A DNA stretch of 38,949 bases from a virus, in the UHGV virus genome UHGV-0097970. One strand, written 5' to 3'. The notes under the pieces were generated by a model. That model saw only the letters and a program-made list of their open reading frames with translations. It searched no databases and was not told the DNA's origin. The position numbers were made by a program, and so were the translations under genes. Position 1 is the first letter of the stretch. Each line of letters starts with the position of its first letter. Below are positions 1 to 9,788 of the stretch, in pieces.

Positions 1-6
1 AACCTA

Positions 7-69
7 ATGATGAATGACGGTAAGCAACAATCTACCTTTTTGTTTCACGATTACGCGCAATACCCCTGA
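7..69 (+). pseudogene. sbcB: Displaced native 5' end of sbcB (exonuclease I), first 16 codons then phage sequence and stop
   Basis: Translation from ATG at 7 gives MMNDGKQQSTFLFHDY, matching the ExoI N-terminus as I recall it, then AQYP-stop after the att core. Confidence 0.75.
43..55. repeat. attL core
   Basis: tttcacgattacg is identical to 38871-38883; flanking 28 bp aligns with 4 mismatches (caaTctaccttTTtGttt vs caaCctaccttCCtCttt). Confidence 0.75.
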
Positions 70-110
70 GAACCGCAATGAACAAGGGTTTCATGATTTG
101 TGATTTTAGT

Positions 111-131
111 TTGGTACGCAATTTGGTACAC
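111..131 (+). promoter_or_regulatory. Putative integrase arm-type binding sites (left arm), TTGGTACGC and TTGGTACAC
   Basis: Two direct 9-mers here; three more copies of the same motif at 38666-38708 next to int. Confidence 0.45.
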
Positions 132-538
132 AACACTATTTTCACTTCAGCGGGTAGTCATCAAACTCACCATAACGAGCATCGTTGATGATGTATGTGA
201 TCACCACAAATATCACATCTGGACTAGTTCCGTCTTCATGCGCAGGTATCTGTTCACGCCTCCCTTTCTGCAAATCCTAAAGATGAGATTTTGGGGTTTT
301 GGGATATCTTTTTATCCTCAGTTCTCTATCCATTCTACAAAGCAGTAATGAACCATCACCGTGTGATAGTGAGGCATCCGCTACGTTAAGCGCAGAGAAA
401 TGATGCAGTGGTGGTCGGACTGGATTGATGAAAAGGTGTAGCAACCAACATTGCTATATCTCAGATAGCACAAAGCCTTGCAATCCAGTGCAAAGCTTTG
501 TGTGTCTCAGTTTTGTCTCATCGGTAATTATGTGTTCG

Positions 539-838
539 CTACGATGCAAGAATCCATACCAATAAGCATCCGATAATTGGGAAAGAAAAATCCAACAAAC
601 TTCCCACATCCCACACGCGTGGATCAAAACCTCCCCACCACGGCATGTTGACACGTTTCCCTTTCCCAAACTTTTCTATCCAGCGATATTCTGCCTGGGT
701 GTGTTCACGCGCAATGAAGAACGTACAACCGGCTATCGCACCGTAAGCCCAGTTTCCGGTAAAAATACCAACCAGTACCTGAGCCGCAAAAGCGCAAAGC
801 GAGTGAAGAAATGGAGTGACATCAATGCTCTTAATCAT
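539..838 (-). CDS. Small predicted membrane protein, hypothetical; possible moron
   Basis: 99-aa ORF with hydrophobic segments ([44 protein letters not shown]); its ATG overlaps the tailspike stop (ATGA at 835-838), implying co-transcription; sits between tailspike and attL. Confidence 0.5.
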   Translation of the reverse strand: MIKSIDVTPFLHSLCAFAAQVLVGIFTGNWAYGAIAGCTFFIAREHTQAEYRWIEKFGKGKRVNMPWWGGFDPRVWDVGSLLDFSFPIIGCLLVWILAS

Positions 839-2892
839 GAAACTTCCCCGTTGGTTGAAAATATGGCTCCTCCAACTCCAAGTGTATTTCGTGTTGTGCT
901 CAACCTAAGAGGGCTGGAGTCAGAATTAGAATATCCTGTAGCAGAAATAAAAGATCCTCCACTAATAGTCAACTGCGGAACATCGGCTATATCTGAATAA
1001 GTTCTGTCAGCAACAGTATTATTTATAGCCACATATGATCCAAAAAAACTTCTTATTGTTTGGTTTTTAACTTTACTTCCTTCAATGGTTATCCTACTAC
1101 CACAGTCGGCAATAAATCCTGAATCTGCATCCAGCGTTGCATTCATAAAAGAAGCTTCAGATCTCTCTACATCAATCCATCTAATATCTTTTGTGGGATT
1201 TGCACCAAATACATGACAAATATTAGAGTTAAACCTTACACCATCTTGGAGGTGCATTAATTTTTTTATATCTGTACCCCATAGCCTTGGAAAATTAACA
1301 GATGCTCCTGCATGGCAATCAAATCCCAGCTCAGCCCCTGAGATATCTACAGCCTTTCCTGAAATAACAGCACCAGTGTCTGCATTAACGGCTGTTCCAC
1401 AATTGCGCATATCATTACCAGCAACATCAACACAACCCGCACCATCAATACGCACACCAAGTGCACATCCATAAAAACCTTTTTCAATATTTGGTTCAAG
1501 GACTTTACCACTTGTTTCTGCATCACTTTCTTCAACGTCATGTCGTCTTGCATCAACATATGCTGTATGAATGCAGGTTAATCCACGATATGAGCAATGT
1601 ATAGTTTTATGGTCGCGTATATTAACATTTGAACCATCTCTTACATTCCATCCTATATAACAATAGCTTGCACTTGACCCCTGAAAATCTGCTTTAACAT
1701 TATAAATACAATTAACTGACGCAACCGTACTCTCTGTGCACCGTTCAAACTTGCTTACAGGCATTGATGCCTTGACATTATTTACCAGTTGCAGGGAAGA
1801 GTATCTGCTATAAGAAAAATCACATACGTAATACCCTTCTGGCATATATGCAGCAACACTTTCCTCATCAGGAGCACATCCGGTATGATATGCACTAATT
1901 TTTGCACCAAAGCTACCATGAATTCCAACGTAGAACTTTCGAGCACCTGAATACGGATAGAAATTAAGTTCAGCTTTTTGAGTTACAATAAATGCACAAA
2001 CATCGCTATCATCTCTATTTTCTTCAATCTGAATAGCAAATACAGGACTTTTTGCTGCATCGCAAATGTAAAATAAATATTTGTATTCGTAATACGTCCT
2101 AACAGTTTTAGTAAACAAACTGGTATCAGAGAAAACCACTGAGTCTTCTGATATTATTTTAATCCATGATAAGTCACATCCTGCTGAAATTTCTATTTGC
2201 TCATTGAGCACAAAACCGGAAAGAATTTTAATTATGCAAAAATCAATGCCATTTTTCCATAGTGGACGCAGTGCAACAGCTGAGTTTAGAGCATCACTAA
2301 TAGATTTAAAATTACCATATTCCCCAACTGTTATTGTGAATGCATACCTGGAATTAAATACTGCGGCACTCTCTCCAGAGTTAATAGCTGCAGATATCAT
2401 GTCATAATTTGATATAAAATCATTTGGCGTGATTATTTCTGCGTTTTTATTGTGCTGTGTTCTAAGTTTTGAATTTACATGAACACTTTTAACTGCAATA
2501 CGGGAGTCGTCAACAAGTATTTCATTACCCTCTGTTGCTAACTCTTGTCTTAACTGATCCGGGTCATACTTCAGCACATTCGGAAAATAGAACTGCTGTG
2601 CACCATACGCATCATAAACAGCCATAGAATGGCCTTGCACAGTTACGAACTTGGCAATCTGTCCGTTATATACCGGGTAACCAGCAGTGTTAATGATGAT
2701 TGGTTGAGAAACAGGAACGTGAGAGCCGTCTTCGTTCTCCACATAAACCTGAATCTGGTTTTCAGGATTTACCGGGTCAGTGTCAATTTTACCGATATAA
2801 ATTTTGCCATTAGCTACGGCTTTAAAAGAACGCGCCATAGTGAAGAGTTGCGAAGGCATTGATACGATCACATTGGCTGTAATGTCTGTCAT
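835..2892 (-). CDS. Tailspike protein with P22 gp9-type N-terminal head-binding domain and divergent receptor-binding domain
   Basis: N-terminal ~110 aa ([13 protein letters not shown]...KYDPDQ) closely matches the P22 tailspike head-binding domain from memory; remaining ~570 aa are unrelated to P22 gp9 and AT-rich. Confidence 0.9.
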   Translation of the reverse strand: MTDITANVIVSMPSQLFTMARSFKAVANGKIYIGKIDTDPVNPENQIQVYVENEDGSHVPVSQPIIINTAGYPVYNGQIAKFVTVQGHSMAVYDAYGAQQFYFPNVLKYDPDQLRQELATEGNEILVDDSRIAVKSVHVNSKLRTQHNKNAEIITPNDFISNYDMISAAINSGESAAVFNSRYAFTITVGEYGNFKSISDALNSAVALRPLWKNGIDFCIIKILSGFVLNEQIEISAGCDLSWIKIISEDSVVFSDTSLFTKTVRTYYEYKYLFYICDAAKSPVFAIQIEENRDDSDVCAFIVTQKAELNFYPYSGARKFYVGIHGSFGAKISAYHTGCAPDEESVAAYMPEGYYVCDFSYSRYSSLQLVNNVKASMPVSKFERCTESTVASVNCIYNVKADFQGSSASYCYIGWNVRDGSNVNIRDHKTIHCSYRGLTCIHTAYVDARRHDVEESDAETSGKVLEPNIEKGFYGCALGVRIDGAGCVDVAGNDMRNCGTAVNADTGAVISGKAVDISGAELGFDCHAGASVNFPRLWGTDIKKLMHLQDGVRFNSNICHVFGANPTKDIRWIDVERSEASFMNATLDADSGFIADCGSRITIEGSKVKNQTIRSFFGSYVAINNTVADRTYSDIADVPQLTISGGSFISATGYSNSDSSPLRLSTTRNTLGVGGAIFSTNGEVS

Positions 2893-3024
2893 TTAATTTG
2901 CTCCAGATACAAGGAATGGCCGCAGCATGGCTACGGTTGGAATTTGTTACATACCTAAACGGTACGATTGTTGATTTGTACAGTGGGTTTTACGATGCCA
3001 TTCCACCCATTTGGTGAGGCATTG

Positions 3025-3282
3025 ATGATGTACAGCAAATACGATGAGGCGCAGTTCCACTTGAGGCTTACACACGAGTTGCACGCTAAGATTAAGCAGC
3101 GTGCAAAAATGAATAACAGGTCTATCAATTCCGAAATTGTGGCTACGATGGAAGAATCACTCTCCAAACCATCACCTGTAAGCGGGTATCGTGATGAAGA
3201 AGAAAGGCTGGCCTCATTAATCTCGGAACGAGTAAAAGAAGTTGCGGCTGAAATTCTAAGGAAAGAAAAAACCCGCGATTAA
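3025..3282 (+). CDS. mnt: Mnt-like ribbon-helix-helix repressor
   Basis: SKPSPVSGYRDEEERLA matches P22 Mnt SKPSPVTGYRNDAERLA; RHH N-terminus FHLRLTHELHAKIKQRAKMNNRSINSEIV; start chosen at internal ATG after GGTGAGG RBS. Confidence 0.8.
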   Translation: MMYSKYDEAQFHLRLTHELHAKIKQRAKMNNRSINSEIVATMEESLSKPSPVSGYRDEEERLASLISERVKEVAAEILRKEKTRD

Positions 3283-3297
3283 GCGGGTTTAGTTTTC
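3265..3297. terminator. Bidirectional intrinsic terminator between convergent mnt and antirepressor genes
   Basis: aaaaaaCCCGCgattaaGCGGGtttagtttt: GC stem flanked by A-run and T-run, so U-tract on either strand. Confidence 0.6.
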
Positions 3298-3308
3298 ATT
3301 ATAAAATG

Positions 3309-4037
3309 TTACGCCACATTTGAGCCATGTAGTAGGTGTTGTAGTGCTTTAACGCCTTCAGAATTGTAACGGAACGCCTCTACCTGTTTGCTGGAATGCG
3401 CCGATTTATCCAGGAAGAACTTCCCGTACTGCTCAGTTTTGAGGTTGTTTGCGTTAGCAATGCGACCAATCTTGTTGGCCGTTACTCCAAGCTGCTCTGC
3501 AACCTCCCCTGCTGAGTAGTAATGCTCTTCTATTGCCGGAAGAGGTATTGCATTAAAACCAACGAGCGGGTTGATTATACTTGCTGCCGCTGTCTGCTTT
3601 GCCTCAGGCGCAAGATTTGGCATCAGATCGAACAGATTGGTAACAGCTTCAACCGTCATTTTCAATGTTCGCGCTTGACGATACTCAACAAGTCCACTCG
3701 CTGATTTACCGCTTTTAATGTGCGCTTCTTGCATACTTTCAAGTTGGTCTACCAGTGAGCGGCGAACGGCTTTTGACTCGCGAGCGGCAACTCGCAATGC
3801 TTGCTTGATTGACATCTCAATGATAACCATCGAAGTTTTGTTCGCTTTTTGCACTACACTTTTTGTGTAGTGCTCTCCATCCAATTCATCTTCAATTTTC
3901 TCGATGAATTTGTTATTACGAACCTCCGGCTCACCGCACTGTCTACGAGCCTGATTTACCATCTCAAGAAGGCGCTGGCTGTCAATGGTTTTATCCGTGA
4001 CAACGGATCCGATGTTTGCTACATTCTTAAAAGTCAT
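3309..4037 (-). CDS. Putative antirepressor-module / phage regulatory protein
   Basis: 242-aa ORF downstream of ant; AAGGAA RBS 7 nt before MTFKNVANIG; C-terminal region looks like a DNA-binding segment (SAGEVAEQLGVTANKIGRIANANNL). Family assignment from memory only. Confidence 0.45.
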   Translation of the reverse strand: MTFKNVANIGSVVTDKTIDSQRLLEMVNQARRQCGEPEVRNNKFIEKIEDELDGEHYTKSVVQKANKTSMVIIEMSIKQALRVAARESKAVRRSLVDQLESMQEAHIKSGKSASGLVEYRQARTLKMTVEAVTNLFDLMPNLAPEAKQTAAASIINPLVGFNAIPLPAIEEHYYSAGEVAEQLGVTANKIGRIANANNLKTEQYGKFFLDKSAHSSKQVEAFRYNSEGVKALQHLLHGSNVA

Positions 4038-4075
4038 TAGGCATTCCTTATGTGGTAGTAAGGGTGTGACATAGG

Positions 4076-4106
4076 CCGCCAGCAGCACACTGGCGGTTTT
4101 CTTTTT
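4076..4106 (+). terminator. Intrinsic terminator on + strand, antisense to the ant operon
   Basis: CCGCCAG-cagcaca-CTGGCGG followed by ttttcttttt on the + strand. Confidence 0.5.
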
Positions 4107-4125
4107 GCGCCGTCCGGCGCACCAA

Positions 4126-4752
4126 TCAATGAATCCATTCCTCGCCGCGCAGTTTTGCCAGCATTGGCTGAGCGTTCTTTACGACAAAATTGTTGGTATC
4201 AAGATTCTTCATTTCACGAAGAAGTGATTTCTTGGTTTCTTCTGACATATAGCGAGTCTCATATGCGATATCGTAAATCCTTCCTGAAAGCTCAGAACAA
4301 ATTTGCTTCATTCCTGGGTAGATGTGTTTGCACATTTGTTGACTCTTCTCCATCCACAATTGTAAGTAGCAGAGATTAACCAGTTCTTCGTCAGTAAACT
4401 GTTTTGCAATCGGTGAGCATTCTGCCTGCCGATCCAAAATATCCAGCACCCAGCGGCGGAACTCTTTGGCTACCGGAGTGCGAGCAAACATCGCGATTAG
4501 GTGGGCACCGCGTAGTGAGAAAACTCGCACTTTTTTGCGATAATTTCCTGAGGTACTCACTTCGAGTACCTGAGTCATTCCAGCGCTAAACTCATCGCTA
4601 TACTTGTTATAAATCATTGTTACTGCACGACTATTTGCGTATTTAAGTGCAGATGCAATATTAGATGATGTAAACCAAACACCATGCATATCACGGGTGG
4701 GCACCAACTCAACTCCGTGGAAGTTGTATTCTGATTTTGCTACAATATTCAT
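4126..4752 (-). CDS. ant: Antirepressor Ant (Bro-N domain)
   Basis: MNIVAKSEYNFHGVELVPTRDMHGVWFTSSNIASAL...FSLRGAHLIAMFARTPVAKEFRRWVLDIL is a Bro-N-type antirepressor N-terminus; start set at internal ATG preceded by GGAAA; follows arc. Confidence 0.8.
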   Translation of the reverse strand: MNIVAKSEYNFHGVELVPTRDMHGVWFTSSNIASALKYANSRAVTMIYNKYSDEFSAGMTQVLEVSTSGNYRKKVRVFSLRGAHLIAMFARTPVAKEFRRWVLDILDRQAECSPIAKQFTDEELVNLCYLQLWMEKSQQMCKHIYPGMKQICSELSGRIYDIAYETRYMSEETKKSLLREMKNLDTNNFVVKNAQPMLAKLRGEEWIH

Positions 4753-4825
4753 GTTAGTTTCCTTGCATACGGTTACTGACATAGAGGCCCGGTTTGTGTT
4801 CGCGCACTGCCGGGCTTCACTATTT
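4743..4825 (+). ncRNA. Candidate sar-like antisense RNA covering ant RBS/start and arc 3' end
   Basis: Extended -10 TGcTACAAT at 4728-4736 (+) inside the ant start region; + strand hairpin GCCCGG...CCGGGC (4777-4805) followed by T-rich tract over the arc stop. Confidence 0.3.
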
Positions 4826-4999
4826 TTATTGGATGACAACATCGCCCTTTGCCTCAAGTTTCATCAATAACTCCATTCGATAAGCTATCTCTGCCTGAAT
4901 TGACCTATGGCATCTTTTTGCTGATTCGCGGATATGTGAATCAACCTTTTCTGTAAAACGAACCTGACGCGGCTTGATGGAAGATATCTTTTCAGTCAT
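4826..4999 (-). CDS. arc: Arc-like ribbon-helix-helix repressor (57 aa, below ORF-track cutoff)
   Basis: My translation: MTEKISSIKPRQVRFTEKVDSHIRESAKRCHRSIQAEIAYRMELLMKLEAKGDVVIQ; AGGAG RBS 6 nt upstream; RHH pattern as in P22 Arc; directly upstream of ant. Confidence 0.7.
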   Translation of the reverse strand: MTEKISSIKPRQVRFTEKVDSHIRESAKRCHRSIQAEIAYRMELLMKLEAKGDVVIQ

Positions 5000-5041
5000 T
5001 ATGCACTCCTGTTTTTAAAAAACTCATAATCTCACTTTTTG

Positions 5042-5077
5042 TAGTTTGATTATTCACTCACACTCAGTATGAGTCAA
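5042..5077 (-). promoter_or_regulatory. Pant-like promoter for arc-ant with overlapping inverted repeat
   Basis: Minus strand -35 TTGACT (comp. 5072-5077), 17-bp spacer, -10 AATAAT (comp. 5049-5054); ACTCA-N3-TGAGT inverted repeat at 5062-5074 overlaps the -35. Confidence 0.5.
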
Positions 5078-5098
5078 TGAATTTTTTATGGTGAACTA

Positions 5099-5740
5099 AT
5101 GAATTTTGACGATCAATTCCCATCAAGAGTATCTCTGGCAAGACAGTCCAGGGGTATGACGCAGGCGCAGTTGTCAAAATTAGCTGGTGTTGTTCAACGT
5201 CAAATAGCTGCATACGAGGGTGGTGAGGCTAAACCACGGCTTCGGGTATTGCAGGCATTAGCCAACGCATTAGGTACTACGGCTGAGTGGTTAGCTCTAG
5301 GTGAAGGTCAGGGTCCGGGAACAAAAAACGTCATGCCTGACGTTCTGGTAAAGCAAATACCAATCCTCAAACTAGATGAAGTTATGCATTACCTAAACAC
5401 AGGTGAACATTCATCGTCTAGATTTCATCCGGCAATATACAATGTTGGTGACTCTGCATTTGCATTGACTATTGAAGGTGAAGCTATGACTACAAGTTCA
5501 GGTATTAGCTTTCCCAGAGGATCAGTTGTCACGTTCAGCCCTCTAGTAAAAGCTAAAAGCAAAGATTATGTAATAGCATCATTGGATAAAGAGCAAATAT
5601 TGAGCTTCAAGCAGGTTTACATTGGTGAAATAGAGACAAACTTAGTATCCCTAAACCCAATGTATCCTAATATTCTTGTTAGAAATGAAGATGTTAGTAT
5701 TTTGGCAACCGCAGTTTACCTTGAAATCCCGTTGCTTTGA
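5099..5740 (+). CDS. CI/LexA-family repressor (HTH_XRE + S24 fold) with Ala at the nucleophile position
   Basis: N-terminal HTH (GMTQAQLSKLAGVVQRQIAAYEGGEAKP); C-terminal region aligns by eye to lambda CI S24 domain (DSAFALTIEGEAM vs DSAFWLEVEGNSM; LVSLNPMYPNI vs LQPLNPQYPMI); the GxSM serine is Ala. Confidence 0.8.
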   Translation: MNFDDQFPSRVSLARQSRGMTQAQLSKLAGVVQRQIAAYEGGEAKPRLRVLQALANALGTTAEWLALGEGQGPGTKNVMPDVLVKQIPILKLDEVMHYLNTGEHSSSRFHPAIYNVGDSAFALTIEGEAMTTSSGISFPRGSVVTFSPLVKAKSKDYVIASLDKEQILSFKQVYIGEIETNLVSLNPMYPNILVRNEDVSILATAVYLEIPLL

Positions 5741-5804
5741 TATCCTTTAGGAAGCGACACATTATCATCCGGTGTTCTGCTCAAAACTAAGGAGTGGCTA
5801 CTCA

Positions 5805-6443
5805 ATGAAAAAAATAGATATATATAGCGATACATCAGCCTATGTCATAGGCTCATTGGGTTTTTTAATTTTTTTTGTTTGGCAGTACCAGTCACTATCT
5901 CCAGGATGGCGATTTTTGGGGATGTCTTTGATATCACTTGGTGCAGGAATAGCAACGCAGGTGTTGATGTATCTCTTTAATGGATGGATCTCAAAAAGAG
6001 TTGAGAAAAAAAGAGCTACTTCAATATGTAGAAGCCTAGCTATTCCAGAAGACTCTACAGATCAGGATGATATTGCAAAATGTTGGCGGTATATGATTGC
6101 AAGATACTCAAATGAGTTACTGGCAAACAGACTGTCCGACTTAATCGGGATCGTAGTTACCTCTGTTGGAACAATCATCAGTATAGGGATATCAATTTGG
6201 TATGTCGGGATGATTGTCTATTTTGTTTGGAATAGAGACTTCAATGAACCTTCCATTCTTTTTATACCTTTATTTTTCAGGGTATTAGCATTCATATGTG
6301 AGTTATTGCTCTCTTTTTTCTGCAATGTTTTGTTCAACAGATACCCAGGTGAAGCAAGAAAGTTTAATAAAAACTATGATGAGTTAAGGAGAACAGATCC
6401 TTTTCTATCAAGCAAAGAGTTCCGCGATTCCATTCGCAATTAA
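5805..6443 (+). CDS. Multi-pass inner-membrane protein, hypothetical (SieA position)
   Basis: Four or more hydrophobic helices; very AT-rich relative to neighbours; TAAGGAG RBS before ATG at 5805 (track ORF starts 5772); lies between gp16 and immI module like P22 sieA; no sequence similarity recognised. Confidence 0.6.
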   Translation: MKKIDIYSDTSAYVIGSLGFLIFFVWQYQSLSPGWRFLGMSLISLGAGIATQVLMYLFNGWISKRVEKKRATSICRSLAIPEDSTDQDDIAKCWRYMIARYSNELLANRLSDLIGIVVTSVGTIISIGISIWYVGMIVYFVWNRDFNEPSILFIPLFFRVLAFICELLLSFFCNVLFNRYPGEARKFNKNYDELRRTDPFLSSKEFRDSIRN

Positions 6444-6464
6444 CAACATCCATGACATCAACCC

Positions 6465-8306
6465 TTAGCGATCAGTTGCATCATTGGCAAGTATTGGTCT
6501 GATGGCATTTGCGGCGTTATTCAGCGCTCTTTCATAGGCTGGCGTTCCAGCTTTAGTGTTTGCCAGACGTAAGAGCGCATTCCTTGCTGCTTTGGACTCA
6601 TACAAGCGCATCATTGCACCAAAACCAGCCTCAAGCCCCATTGATACGCCAAGAGTCGCAGTTGCGCCAATCGTCCTTATCCTGTTGGCTTGCGATTGCC
6701 CCGTCTGAGTTACTACATTTGCGGTGTCTGACCTTGCTGTTTGCTGTAGAACTTCATTAAGAGCATCAAGTTCTTTCATGTGCTTTCCAGAAAAAATAGT
6801 GTTGTAAATTTCACCGCCTGACTGAGATTTCAGCTTATTAACTTCAGTGATGAACTTGGCTGGAGAGTCACCGGCCTTTTCCGCTATTTTGCTGACGTAA
6901 GCTGCACGCATAGCATCTTTCCCTTTATCATCCAGTGCGCTCCAGATTCGTTTCACGTCAGATGGTTTTCTGCTTAATACAACGGTATTTATAAGTTCAG
7001 GACTGGCTTCACTGCTTGCCTTGTTGAGTTTGTTAGCAATGTTTTTATTAAGCACCTTATTATAAACGTTTGCATAATCGGAATTTGCTTTAAGGTATTT
7101 TGCTGCGTCTGATGCACCGAGGTTTTTAGCAACTGCGTTACGAAGGTCTTTTGACATTGCATTCTCTACCATATTGGTAGCTGCTTTTGCCTGGTTGGGG
7201 AAGACCATAGCATCTCCCTGAACATTAGATCTAAATGCTGTTCTGTGCTGACGCAAGAGATCAAACGTAACATCCAAATCAGTTGCAGGGTTTGCTAATT
7301 CTTCACGTAGGTTACGCAAGGATGTAAGCAGGCTTTGATTGGCTGAAGTCCCAAGCCGTTCCTGTCTTGCGATCGCTGTATTCAGAGCATTCATGGTATT
7401 TGTGGTATCAACTGCGGCATTACCCATTTTATTGGTGACGTCATTGATAACAGCGCCAGCGGCATCCTTCCGCCCCCTTAACGTGGTGGTCAGAGATTTC
7501 ACCACATCATCAGGGTTGTACTCACCAAAACGGTCAAAATAATTTCTTACCAGCTTACTACGCGTTGCATATTGCTCCGCTCTCTTTGAGCCTGTCCCGA
7601 GCAAAGCCCCCTCGGCATCCTGAGTAAGGCCGCGAGTGAAAGCATTTTTCGGCGGGATAACATCAGATGTCATTGGTGTCACTCCCATCGATTCTGATGT
7701 GGCAATTTTCTTCGCCACTTCTGGCGCAATATCACCTTTTATAGCCGTTATTCCACGCCCTATTCCCTTTGCTGCTGCGGAAAGAACCCCCTGAGCGGCA
7801 AGGTTAACTCCGGCATTTTTGGCTGCATTTTGTGCGAAATCGCCTTTCTGGTTTGCGGCTTCTGCCAGTGATCCAATAGCCATGCTTCCTGCCGTTCCAA
7901 CTCCTGGAACTAAATACCCGCCAATTGTTTCTCCAGCTTGCGCATAAGGGTCTGTCGGTCGATCGACAGGGCGATAAACATCATCCAAAACCTTGGGGCC
8001 ACCAAGCCCCTGGCTGATTGCATTAATCAGACTTGCGCCACCCTGCAATACGTCAAATGGTATGTTTACCAGACCACGACCAGCCTGCTCTGCAATTTGC
8101 CCTGCACTTTGACCACCTGTGAGCCAATCGCCAGCTTTTTGCATCAATGATGGTTCTTCACGTGCTGGTTCATTATTGGCCTGATTAACTGTTTGTTGCT
8201 GAACAGCCTGACCAGCAAAATACTCATCAATGGCGGTGCCAATATCTTCCGTGCTCGTACCATCAGGGAAGGTAAATGTCTTACCGTTTGCAGTTACTTT
8301 CATCAT
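6465..8306 (-). CDS. Ejection protein, P22 gp16-like
   Basis: [33 protein letters not shown] resembles P22 gp16 N-terminus; size and synteny (last of 7-20-16). Confidence 0.8.
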   Translation of the reverse strand: MMKVTANGKTFTFPDGTSTEDIGTAIDEYFAGQAVQQQTVNQANNEPAREEPSLMQKAGDWLTGGQSAGQIAEQAGRGLVNIPFDVLQGGASLINAISQGLGGPKVLDDVYRPVDRPTDPYAQAGETIGGYLVPGVGTAGSMAIGSLAEAANQKGDFAQNAAKNAGVNLAAQGVLSAAAKGIGRGITAIKGDIAPEVAKKIATSESMGVTPMTSDVIPPKNAFTRGLTQDAEGALLGTGSKRAEQYATRSKLVRNYFDRFGEYNPDDVVKSLTTTLRGRKDAAGAVINDVTNKMGNAAVDTTNTMNALNTAIARQERLGTSANQSLLTSLRNLREELANPATDLDVTFDLLRQHRTAFRSNVQGDAMVFPNQAKAATNMVENAMSKDLRNAVAKNLGASDAAKYLKANSDYANVYNKVLNKNIANKLNKASSEASPELINTVVLSRKPSDVKRIWSALDDKGKDAMRAAYVSKIAEKAGDSPAKFITEVNKLKSQSGGEIYNTIFSGKHMKELDALNEVLQQTARSDTANVVTQTGQSQANRIRTIGATATLGVSMGLEAGFGAMMRLYESKAARNALLRLANTKAGTPAYERALNNAANAIRPILANDATDR

Positions 8307-9778
8307 TCCACCGTAAATTGAATGCCTGATTTTGAGGTATATGATCCGGATTGACTCTGCTGCTGTTGGGTATTTGTCGGTTGTTGGCTATTGCTCTGTT
8401 GTTGACTATTTGCAGCACTTGAAACCACCAAAGCATCATAAACGCGACCAGACTGACCACGTAATGAGTTATATTGGCCCTGCATTTTTCGCATTTTTGT
8501 TTCAGTAGCAGCCTTGGAATCACCGGGCTGAGGCAGGTACATTTTGGAATACTCCTGCATCTCTGGCAGAGTAATTGCTGCACCTGTTTCTGGGCGCAAA
8601 ATTGCATACAAGGCGTCTCTCGCATTTACCATATATTGCTGCTCCGCTGGTGATAGGCTTAAATTTGCAATAGTCCCATCACCAAGAGAGCGATTTATTA
8701 ATGCAACTCGCTTAGGGTCAATGCTTTTACTAAGCTGATTCATTGAGTCCATTGAATCTTTTAATCGCAAAGCAAATCCTGCCGCCTTCTTGGAACCCTC
8801 ATTAGCCTTATCTATGATGCTTTGCGCTTGTGGCAAGCTAATTGGTTTAATGCCATCACCAGATATAGGTTGGTTTAGTTTTCCGGCTTCCTCGCAGCCA
8901 TCGGTGTAATACTTAGTTACCGAGCCATCAGGATTGGTTTCAACCTTAAGTAATTTCTTAGCATTGGGATTAATTCCCGCCGCTGCCGCAAATGCTGCTG
9001 CACCATCTGGATCCGCCTTTAACATTTGCGCGTACTGATTGTAATTCTGCATTGCGGCTGTTGGTGCATATGCTGACGTTAACGCATTTGCTCGGCTAAT
9101 ATCCTGCCCTCTCGCCTGAAGTGCTTCGCTGGCCTGATTGCTGCGGATTGTCTCTGCCAGCCTGCCTCGGTCAATTTCACGACCAGCTATCTTGTCCTGA
9201 ACAGCAAACGCCTTTTCTGGTCCAAGCGCACCGAGAGACATAGTAGTCAGCATGTGTGATAGCTGCTCTGGATTCTGAATACCTGTCTGAATCATCCAGT
9301 CAGCATTAGCGCCAACGCGATTTAACCTGTCCTTGTTGTCAGTAATGAATTTACTGTAGGCTTCCGGTCCCTGAGAAAGAGCGACGTTAGCCCTCATGGC
9401 TAAATCGCCCATATCGTTGCGTTGCTGATCATTAAGACCTGAAAACGCCTGTTGTGCCTGTGCAACAAACGCTGGATTTTCCTGGGCAAACTTAAATAGT
9501 CCCGATGGATCACCAGAAGCCCATGCATCAGCGTGAACCTTATTGAACGCACTAATCGCTTTCTGTTGCTGTTCCTGCTTATAAATATCAGCAACTCCAG
9601 CCAGACCACGTAACGCGGTCAGACCAACGTTATTTGCACCTGAGCGAGCCAGTTCATTGTTTTCGCGGATCAGACCAAGCGTTGCGTTAATGTCGCTTGC
9701 CTTTGGCGCATTCTCGTTTTGCGCACCAATGCCAGCCAGAAAACCACCAGAATTAATACCCTGTTGCCACGTAGCCAT
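8303..9778 (-). CDS. Ejection protein, P22 gp20-like
   Basis: 491 aa, Gln/Ala-rich, between gp7-like and gp16-like genes. Confidence 0.75.
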   Translation of the reverse strand: MATWQQGINSGGFLAGIGAQNENAPKASDINATLGLIRENNELARSGANNVGLTALRGLAGVADIYKQEQQQKAISAFNKVHADAWASGDPSGLFKFAQENPAFVAQAQQAFSGLNDQQRNDMGDLAMRANVALSQGPEAYSKFITDNKDRLNRVGANADWMIQTGIQNPEQLSHMLTTMSLGALGPEKAFAVQDKIAGREIDRGRLAETIRSNQASEALQARGQDISRANALTSAYAPTAAMQNYNQYAQMLKADPDGAAAFAAAAGINPNAKKLLKVETNPDGSVTKYYTDGCEEAGKLNQPISGDGIKPISLPQAQSIIDKANEGSKKAAGFALRLKDSMDSMNQLSKSIDPKRVALINRSLGDGTIANLSLSPAEQQYMVNARDALYAILRPETGAAITLPEMQEYSKMYLPQPGDSKAATETKMRKMQGQYNSLRGQSGRVYDALVVSSAANSQQQSNSQQPTNTQQQQSQSGSYTSKSGIQFTVE

Positions 9779-9788
9779 TGATTACCCC

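Noticed and set aside
100-669. ORFs 100-348 (+) and 454-669 (-) in the left arm.
   Set aside because: They overlap the arm-type repeats or the 539-838 gene, have no RBS and odd composition; the left arm looks non-coding.
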